Of a DNA stretch of 64,000 nucleotides, positions 58,201 through 64,000 are shown piece after piece. The notes beneath the pieces were generated by a model. That model did not search any database, had not been told where the DNA came from, and saw only the letters and a program-made list of their open reading frames with translations. Position numbers and translations under genes: made by a program. Position 1 is the stretch's first letter, and the number at the start of each line of letters is the position of its first letter. This stretch comes from a virus: IMG/VR virus record IMGVR_UViG_3300028844_003474, positions 1 to 64,000 of that record; one strand, 5' to 3'.

Positions 58201-61200
58201 TTGGTTGTTTTCGTCAACGTGCTCCAACAAGAACTCGCGTAACTTATTTCCTTTTAAAACAGGTATAACGCCATCGTACTTAATCTGACTATTACCTTCT
58301 TCGTCTAGCTCAGTTTCAAAGAAACGATTTAACAGTTCTGCATGCTTCATGCTTAACAGCTTGCGTTCTTTACGAAGCAACTCAGTAACCATCTTAGTTC
58401 CAGAGACACCTCTAGGACCAACACGTTCTCTACCGTGCAGATTTCCTGTAACAATTTTACTAACCTGTGTCATCCAACCTGTAGTGTTGTTGACTGACAT
58501 ATGCTGCGGGTTGTGAACTTGGTGACGGTAGTGGTCAACTGGTAACTCCTGTACAATCGAAGCAATTCCCTCGTCTAAACGATCTTCAATAAAATTACCT
58601 TGAGCGTCAAACAGTTCAACCGGAGTATACTCTCCTGATTTTTGTGCAGACTCTACATGAGCTTGATCCAAATTTTTGGCCTCTATGTAACGCAACATAC
58701 CTTCAAGCCCTGCTCTCTCAGAGAGAGGATTACCTTTACTGTCTCTAAGAAGAGCAGGCACAAGAGGTAAAACAGCTGTTTTTAAAAAGATTGTTTTACC
58801 CTTATGCTTTCCAAAGTACATAGGTTTGTACGGTGTAATTAACGCAACTGTATCTTTGTTATTAAGCTCCTGGTTGTTCAGTGCTTTGTCAATAGCAATG
58901 CGTTTTGCATCAGTTAGCTCTCCGTGGTCTTCAAGTAAATCACGATAAAACTGCAAGGACATATAAGTCACACCGTCTGCACGGTCTACTTGTGAAACCC
59001 AGTCTAAATCAATCTTAGGTTCTTTTATAACTACAGATCTAAAGGTTTGTCGGTCTTGGTAACGAGCAGATTGTCTTGCGTTTGCTGTACCATTAGACTG
59101 AGGGCCTTTAGCTCTCTTTTGCATCTTGACCGTATTGTATCCAAACTCTGCATGAGTACCAGAAACCCAATGCGCGTAGTCTCTATGCGAGATATAAGTA
59201 GCAGTTACTAAATCATTGAGGTGATCTGCAACATGCTCAGTAAAGGTCATACCTGCTATGGGACCTGCGTCTGTCATCTGTCCTATTTCAAGAAAACGTT
59301 GACGCACAAAAAGATCAGCAGCTTTTCTTAGTTTAGGATCAGCCATAATTAGCTTAACCTCTTTTTCAAAATGCGCTTCTATATGTTTTACTGGATCTTG
59401 TGCTTCAGCAAGACCTGGAATAGAAGCATTTTCTCCATGTGCTGCAATTTCTTCACGAGCAATACGAGTAAGCAACTCTCGTTTTTCGTTGTCTTTCATG
59501 TCGTGCCACGCACTACGAACTAACCATGTGTTTTCTGCATCAGAAGGTGTGGGTACTGCAACATAAGAAAGCTCCATAATTGCTCCATCCGATTGAGGAA
59601 CTCTATGAAACAACGCATGTAAATCATAAGCCAGCTTTTGCTCTCCTCGTAAATTGGTATAAGGGGTGTTGTTTAGATACCCAAACCTTACAATGAAAGG
59701 AGAATGTGCATTACTAAGCCAAGACGTTTTAGTGCCTTCTCTAGACACCCAACTCGTGCTTCTCAAACTTGGATCTTCTTCAAGCCTTTTATTAAAGTGT
59801 GCTGGATCATTAAGTAACCGTTCGGTCTCTTCAGTAACATACGACGGAAGCATGCGAGAGTAAACATAGGTTCCCTCACCATTTCTATACTTCAGCGCAA
59901 CGGCTCCCATATCAACCTCAATAAGCTGACCTAAAATGTTAGATCTAAGCTTAGCAACAAACTTATTGGTAGCAATACGCTTAGTCTTTAAGTCTTGTGC
60001 TTGAGTAATGGGTTCTACTTGTTTTAAAATTTCAATAAAATTTGTAGAAAATGCACGAAGCTCGCTGTTTGTCATAGTTGACAAACGGAACTCTAATGCT
60101 CCAATTTGAATTGTGTTTAGTCCAAAATCCTGAACCGCTTCTGCCAGAGCTTCACGGTCTTTAAAAGTTTGCAATGCTTTGATACGATTCAAGAATGTAC
60201 CATCAGAAATATATTCTGCTGTTGTTTGAATGATACTGGTTCTGTTGTAATTAGTTAAAACGTCAAGAGGCTCTTGTGCTTTGTGAACTTTAGGAGCCTT
60301 AGACAATTCACGTTTTTGCTGACCGTACATGTCGTAATAACTAATTACATTATTACTAACATTAAGTTCGGCTGTGTCCGCTTTCTTCATTGATACGAAG
60401 AACTGAGTCTGCAATATTTTATCTGAAGTTTTAAGCTTAGAATATAGAAACAATAAATTAGGATTCTTTACAGACATTTGTTCAAGCCTGTACATCATAT
60501 CTTCTAAAGAAGTAGCGTCATTTAAATGATGCAATAAGTAACCAAAAACTTGATTAAAGTCCATTACTCTGGGAAGACCCGTCCGACTCATCTTGTCAAA
60601 CTTGCCTTCCTCTTTGATCTTTTCCATTAACTTCTTTAACAGCTCCGCCTTTTGTTTAGAAGGCATAGAACGGCGAAGCAATTGTCTTAAATCAGATGTA
60701 CCGGATGTAGGCAACATAGGAACAGATCCAATAAGGTTCCTAACACTTGCAGGAATTTTACTTTTAGGATCAATCGTTTCCATACTCTTACCGCCGTATT
60801 GTTCAGCAGCAGTAGTACCAGTAATTGCATCTGCTTTTAAAGAGTCAAATATTCTGTTACGAATAGAAGTCTTACTTGCAAAATATTCAACCAGGTTTTC
60901 AGAGCTTTCAACCATCTCTTCAATAAGAGGATCAATAACGTCTGTATTTACGCCGTCTTCTCTCATGAAGTGCAGTGCACCGTGTATAATGCCATAGCGT
61001 CTAAACGCTAATCGAAGCATGCTTTTTGCGATGTCTGCTTTTACTTGGTTATTTACAACCACTTCACCTGTATCAGGATCAATTTCTTGAGAAAGTCTAT
61101 TTATGTTAGTTACAATCGAGATAACATCAGAAGCACCTTCGACAGATCCGAACTTTTTAGTAAGATAACCAGTAGCATTATTTATGCCCTGTTCTAACGA

Positions 61201-64000
61201 AGGAGCAGTTTCTAATATACCCTTATACTCAAAGACAGTGTCTATCACTTTGGCAATAGCCATGGGCAAATGCTGTTCGAATTCTTTGCGAGTAGGTGTG
61301 TCAAAGGGCGGAGCCTTCATAAACCTATTCATAAACTGCAAAGATCTCTGACTAGGCTTCTGAGCAAACTTACCCTTATTGATGTGTTGCATCAATCGAC
61401 GCGTTTGGTACTGTCTTTGGAAAATAGATTTAACTAATTCATACAACTCAGAGAAAAACCTACGGATAACGCTCTTGTCTTTCATAGACAAGCCTTTTGT
61501 TACCATATACTCTCTAAAGGTCTCTGCAAGTTTTTCATTTAAAGCATAGTCTTTTAACTCTGCATTTGTAATTGGCTGGGTGTCAAAGTCTCTTTGCGGA
61601 TTAGCATCGATAATCTCAGCACGCGCAGCTTCTAAATCTTTTTCTGTAATTGTATACTTACGTTCAGCCTCAGCCATCACCTTAGCTCTACGTGCAGGAG
61701 ACAAAAACACATCAGTTACCGCGTGAAATGCCTCGTGATACTCTGTACCTACAACAGCCTCGTCACTAACAACAAGCATCCCTTGCTCCCATACTCCATA
61801 CGCGCGTGTGCCGCCACGTACAATCAAACCTTTTACACGTTTAAAGCCAAGTTGAGGTAAGTTTTCTGCAAACCAAGCTTCAGCTTCTGCCATATCTTGA
61901 TCAGTTGCAAGTACGTTAAGTACACCAGAGCCCATAGCTCTTTCATGAGATAAGAAAGCTCCACCAAATGGAAAGAAAGGATCAGTACCTGAAGGGTCTT
62001 CTGTGTTTGTAGGCTTAGAAGGCTTGGGAACTCCAGATGTAATTAGCTTTTCAGCTGCAACAATTCTGAGTTTAATGTGAGTACGCTCTGTATCAGGAAA
62101 ATACCTACTTCCTTCTTGTCGATTAGGAGCGCCTGGATATGTAAAAGAAATTGTTTCTCCTGATGCATTTGTAACAGGAGCAATTGGAGAGTTTACAGAC
62201 TCCATTAACCTGTCTATTAAAGCTTTACCTCCCAGGTAATCATCAACTTGACTTAGGTCTTGAATAAGAGTACCATCTTTACTTACAACAATAGAAGGGC
62301 TGAATGGAAACTCTCGCATCATTTCAAGATCTTGCAACTCACTGTCGTCAAGAGCTTGCATTCCGCTTTCTTCATGGCGAAGTCTAAAGACGTCCCTTCC
62401 GTTCTGCCTAAGCAAGAAGCTACCATCAGCTTCATTGTAAACAATACCTGTATCAATGGTACTATTAGGTGTTGCAACTACAGTGTACTGACGAAGTTTA
62501 GATGCTTTAGTTGCCGCATCAAGTTTAGGATCTTTAAAAAGATCTATGACTGCATTGTCAATGCCCATTTTTTCCAAGGACACTTTAGGCACACGAACAT
62601 AAATAAGGTTACCTCTATCATATACAGGAGCATAGACTTGACCAATACCATAGTTAATTCCATCTTCTTCTAAAAGCAAACCATCTTGATACGGATTGTC
62701 AATTGCTTCTCCTGTTTGAAGACTGTACATACGTATATTGCCGTCAGCATCAGGTAGCATAACCGCAACCCCATGCTCATTGATAGCGTCTCTTATCTCA
62801 ACAATATCTCCTAACTTAACCGTAGAATCTGCAGAAGGTCTAAGTAGATTACCTCGCGCAGACCCTTGATCGTTAGGAAGTTGCTGAAACTTAAACACAT
62901 CTTCAGCCAAACCTAGTACAACAGTATCTGTATTTTGAGCAGCAAGAGCTTCTCTAAGTTGTATTAAACGATCTATATTAATCAGGGCATCAATAGCATG
63001 TGTATGCGTATTGAGATGCATCTGATCTTTAAGATTTAAGGTAATAGACTCTTTATTAAACGCTTCTTGTTGACGTTGAGCCTGTCCCATCAAAGTATTA
63101 ATCTTAGGCAAATAACCTAAGCGTACTTTTTCTCCACCTATTTTAGCAAAAATAACCCAGTTAGTCTCAGACCCTGGATCAACGTCGTATTTAAACTCAG
63201 TACTATCCTTGTTATTTGGGTTATGTTGTAGCTTTTTAAGCCCTTCAAGCCCTTGACCTTTAGTATTGACGCCTTTGTTAAGCTTTACGCTTGATACTTT
63301 TTCAGGAGATTTATATTCAGTATCGTCCTTTTCAATAGTAATCTTAACGTTAGTCTGCTCACCTTCATTTTGAGCTTCAATAACTTGTAAGATTAACCCC
63401 CAAATTCTTGCCTGTTCTTCATTTAATTCCAGGCTATCTCCTTCTTTTAAACGAGTTTCTAAAAACCCAAGACCAAAGAGATCGTCTCCAACAGTTAAAG
63501 GACCGCCTTTAGTAAGAGCCTCAAACAATTGATCCATATAGATGGCAACTCCATCAGGAACAATCATACCCTCACGTTGTATTGTTCGGTCTAAAGATTC
63601 TGCAGCTCCTTGAATTTCTCGAGCCACTCTAATAATATGATTACCAAAAGGCTGTAAGTTTAATTCTTCTGTAAGGCTAAACAGAGTATTATTAATAGTA
63701 AAAACATTAGAAAGATTTTTACTAGACGCTTCATCTAAGACAACTCTTTTCTGTTCGCTTTGAGCGTTTACCTGAGAAATAATTTTTGCAAATGTTTCTC
63801 CTTTTTCTAAACCTTCAAGAATAGCACCTGCTATTTCATTAAGGTTTTCCATAGCTTCATCAGCTTGAATTAAATCTTTTTTAATAGCGTCATAAAGATT
63901 TACTTCTTCGCCTTGCGCTGTAATTACTACAAAGTTGGGAACAAAGTCTTCAATAGCTTTATTAACAATAGAATCTGAGATGTCTTGCATGTTACTAGAC
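52198..64000 (-). CDS. Virion-packaged RNA polymerase polyprotein, probably 5'-truncated by the window edge
   Basis: YRIP...S...I..IGFL and QMGSDFDNDKLY catalytic DxDxD motif (about 57770-57793); HEAFH and HEFAH zincin motifs; no stop codon between 63990 and the window end. Confidence 0.9.
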   Translation of the reverse strand, partial: SSNMQDISDSIVNKAIEDFVPNFVVITAQGEEVNLYDAIKKDLIQADEAMENLNEIAGAILEGLEKGETFAKIISQVNAQSEQKRVVLDEASSKNLSNVFTINNTLFSLTEELNLQPFGNHIIRVAREIQGAAESLDRTIQREGMIVPDGVAIYMDQLFEALTKGGPLTVGDDLFGLGFLETRLKEGDSLELNEEQARIWGLILQVIEAQNEGEQTNVKITIEKDDTEYKSPEKVSSVKLNKGVNTKGQGLEGLKKLQHNPNNKDSTEFKYDVDPGSETNWVIFAKIGGEKVRLGYLPKINTLMGQAQRQQEAFNKESITLNLKDQMHLNTHTHAIDALINIDRLIQLREALAAQNTDTVVLGLAEDVFKFQQLPNDQGSARGNLLRPSADSTVKLGDIVEIRDAINEHGVAVMLPDADGNIRMYSLQTGEAIDNPYQDGLLLEEDGINYGIGQVYAPVYDRGNLIYVRVPKVSLEKMGIDNAVIDLFKDPKLDAATKASKLRQYTVVATPNSTIDTGIVYNEADGSFLLRQNGRDVFRLRHEESGMQALDDSELQDLEMMREFPFSPSIVVSKDGTLIQDLSQVDDYLGGKALIDRLMESVNSPIAPVTNASGETISFTYPGAPNRQEGSRYFPDTERTHIKLRIVAAEKLITSGVPKPSKPTNTEDPSGTDPFFPFGGAFLSHERAMGSGVLNVLATDQDMAEAEAWFAENLPQLGFKRVKGLIVRGGTRAYGVWEQGMLVVSDEAVVGTEYHEAFHAVTDVFLSPARRAKVMAEAERKYTITEKDLEAARAEIIDANPQRDFDTQPITNAELKDYALNEKLAETFREYMVTKGLSMKDKSVIRRFFSELYELVKSIFQRQYQTRRLMQHINKGKFAQKPSQRSLQFMNRFMKAPPFDTPTRKEFEQHLPMAIAKVIDTVFEYKGILETAPSLEQGINNATGYLTKKFGSVEGASDVISIVTNINRLSQEIDPDTGEVVVNNQVKADIAKSMLRLAFRRYGIIHGALHFMREDGVNTDVIDPLIEEMVESSENLVEYFASKTSIRNRIFDSLKADAITGTTAAEQYGGKSMETIDPKSKIPASVRNLIGSVPMLPTSGTSDLRQLLRRSMPSKQKAELLKKLMEKIKEEGKFDKMSRTGLPRVMDFNQVFGYLLHHLNDATSLEDMMYRLEQMSVKNPNLLFLYSKLKTSDKILQTQFFVSMKKADTAELNVSNNVISYYDMYGQQKRELSKAPKVHKAQEPLDVLTNYNRTSIIQTTAEYISDGTFLNRIKALQTFKDREALAEAVQDFGLNTIQIGALEFRLSTMTNSELRAFSTNFIEILKQVEPITQAQDLKTKRIATNKFVAKLRSNILGQLIEVDMGAVALKYRNGEGTYVYSRMLPSYVTEETERLLNDPAHFNKRLEEDPSLRSTSWVSREGTKTSWLSNAHSPFIVRFGYLNNTPYTNLRGEQKLAYDLHALFHRVPQSDGAIMELSYVAVPTPSDAENTWLVRSAWHDMKDNEKRELLTRIAREEIAAHGENASIPGLAEAQDPVKHIEAHFEKEVKLIMADPKLRKAADLFVRQRFLEIGQMTDAGPIAGMTFTEHVADHLNDLVTATYISHRDYAHWVSGTHAEFGYNTVKMQKRAKGPQSNGTANARQSARYQDRQTFRSVVIKEPKIDLDWVSQVDRADGVTYMSLQFYRDLLEDHGELTDAKRIAIDKALNNQELNNKDTVALITPYKPMYFGKHKGKTIFLKTAVLPLVPALLRDSKGNPLSERAGLEGMLRYIEAKNLDQAHVESAQKSGEYTPVELFDAQGNFIEDRLDEGIASIVQELPVDHYRHQVHNPQHMSVNNTTGWMTQVSKIVTGNLHGRERVGPRGVSGTKMVTELLRKERKLLSMKHAELLNRFFETELDEEGNSQIKYDGVIPVLKGNKLREFLLEHVDENNQALVEMLRSKDRALNNPMMARPMVNALFAILHRDYKHLKIPGGMQVQMPDLGIKDGLKGMRLEDGKVLPAEVIVSKAFLPAEYRNSPIESIPDRVLTMLAYRIPGEHKNTSAVIKVIGFLPEGQDGMLVPPDFVAQMGSDFDNDKLYLNWKVHKSKEDLSAYESVWNEYLQLVFEVLTDPKIFEEEVLQEQDFVILRNFRETLNQAGKLPGREIEGVNLDTYVAENPYSYLSHQRMFQDNIAGIGLKGISAKNNTFWLNLQRYQIAFDLDADIETPGGKMISRVTWRSLTPDRIRFNAQTVGASMDGAIDPVYGQLGIGLNNFQIWQDLHMIGFTMEEAWEAATDQDSIDYINNELTEEEIENKIQDNWRLKAVIAWNTELSLKLEPLKKLMRTQEEKLSELGTTFIPFLTGQQTFEGVESLLSGAGSPLDITHLPVVKENLDIAQTTLDILMSLGIPYFSEALESSEGITFDQSDRHQKYMASKAFISARRKEGTSSYLRMGELKGVENVSQLRPARKKGQYQTWNIQDFFDYFKSNAGRKKVANDSSLKFVLENLYVRDTAVMASSNLFGVGSGNIFIDVNHHQRIHDPEMGQDFYEAWKELTESEDNAVKEFAYALAEYEAERSGWRFGGDTLTKFLPEVFFRELENPIQDPLEIKLLAALSPNVYEIIGKNSHLKAIQTNRMVAVTLDKVQRVYFTVGGQRGYITRPLTSSRFHEDRTMSELRAEFERGVEDTESMSKSEIKEESKVGRSSKPERQFAERKAKLTQLFRDAGVEVKVILDSSIEGAGGVQMVEGKAEIRIHPDKMRSDTLIHEFAHIYIEMLGYNHPLVQQAIKELRGTQLYRDTQALYSEKTTRDLDMEVLATAMGLKGDTVYAEELGVSKIQTVFRRIFRAISKFLSRVMGREVTVDAAEQLARNMFRGKDVHINNLLSFEAEQRLKSHLNEMEMLTGVREVIAERIQHMRRLGISEDEEIKLLETLMNNNRTLGRLTSDMRSQIVGRIADLTEEVVSDTNMLLEQSAGYLDNIKGREWTEIDRQFYNRAYNARQILLNMQQAAVGFNPKAPGEKSRAPSADIARLGQLGDTLTGQVKRIDNVLKEAISEKLKQASADPIIRKLATNIFDLSDDGNLWKYALDSGFWREGFMGSKEQSAVVLKLLSLQVKRTLDRHGLEAQQEISNLNKISKTYLDAGNQWEQILDEDRKRFVSPITGRYYMDRDNSKDVKIFEAENTIQEFTPEYYTKYKHRKRTEEYKALEQEQATIKENAERIGVMSQEDKARLEEIEYMLANVDKKVWKKYHTWEIDLKTYRTDRAAAKAKGEEALRDWDIQYSEVNRAGQRQPKAFSKYKQEKVKDEFRNDQWDPNGGLQVIDKYKNDKYDLLTEVQKQTIQDLKTLMRSALGRDHKFFDRNLIPQFSEGELTVFTELEDKARKLITITGEELQERLDAEDKPVYVRSQPSFLFTRDGQKVMTNLQETIAEFIVSASQQKALDTIETFSLASRDQIDNMRLISSKIDAKSVIGFGKEKQVKKKTIAGSESRAKKSLEHMLQGYFGQGWVDQDAFSKIVDRILTYNSMMGIGLNPSSWLNNFLYGSVQQRIENAGGIYYTNKDSRNARKKIAANYGELHRMAHGKKKAGFVTDNKTVGLIKFFDVTMDQKEISFVRDRMGVWMNRLFYGQNMGEILMQNQVMIAHMLGQKVILADGSETNLYEALNYTAAEGVVLPEGAKIIRPYGEVDLTLDELANFKQKLLSRLQRIHGAYNKEDQGTIARHALGQAGLQYRKWIPHGIFKRFAAEEFSEAREETEIGWYRGFGKMMHTYFMTSYNEKQLMKFSLLMEQYKDQPHVVNAAKRAMYEMMTGMASTAALWLLASMIKIEDSDDDELFLVNDEFYKAKLLYHVERLKKEMLTFVSPFEIGDTLKRIGKDPIPSVRTISFIALAGVEALKAIWTGEWDRFEGGFRYGDVKATSYLARGTFGWKHYTALEESIANHQAYSLYGN

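Noticed and set aside
53107-62673. Short plus-strand ORFs inside the vRNAP gene
   Set aside because: Antisense shadows with no recognisable motifs
1-64000. Stop-codon reassignment or suppressor tRNA as in some Crassvirales
   Set aside because: Core genes are full length in code 11, TAG and TGA both end genes, and no CTA/TCA anticodon tRNA was found

Overview
This window is about two thirds of a crAss-like (Crassvirales-type) phage genome. It uses the standard genetic code and probably infects an aquatic Bacteroidota (Flavobacteriales-like) host. Layout: (1) 1-17.9 kb, minus strand, is the late/structural block: fibre-like proteins, ring protein, major capsid protein, scaffold, portal, TerL, HU/IHF-like protein and an Acb2/Tad1-like protein. 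(2) A C-tract-rich strand switch lies at about 18.2 kb. (3) 18.3-52.2 kb, plus strand, is the early/replication block: GC-richer early genes, three tRNAs (Leu-TAA, Arg-TCT, Ile2/Met-CAT) embedded in highly structured non-coding RNA, amidase, PolA, SF2 and DnaB helicases, Sak4-like ATPase, primase, RusA, NinB-like, rIIA/rIIB, SP-lyase-like radical SAM and a PD-(D/E)XK nuclease. (4) 52.2-64 kb, minus strand, is a virion RNA polymerase polyprotein of at least 3930 aa (DFDND motif, two HExxH motifs) that runs off the window. The most unusual items are: a 9.3 kb pair of giant signal-peptide, dockerin-bearing, T9SS-cargo-like proteins inserted in the replication module; a five-copy hairpin motif upstream of plus-strand genes (candidate virion-RNAP promoter); a roughly 400 nt pseudoknotted ncRNA next to the tRNAs; an unannotated 44-aa peptide resembling the ribonucleotide reductase C-terminal redox tail; and an IF2 N-terminal-domain mimic. 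All family assignments come from motif recognition by eye; no searches were run.
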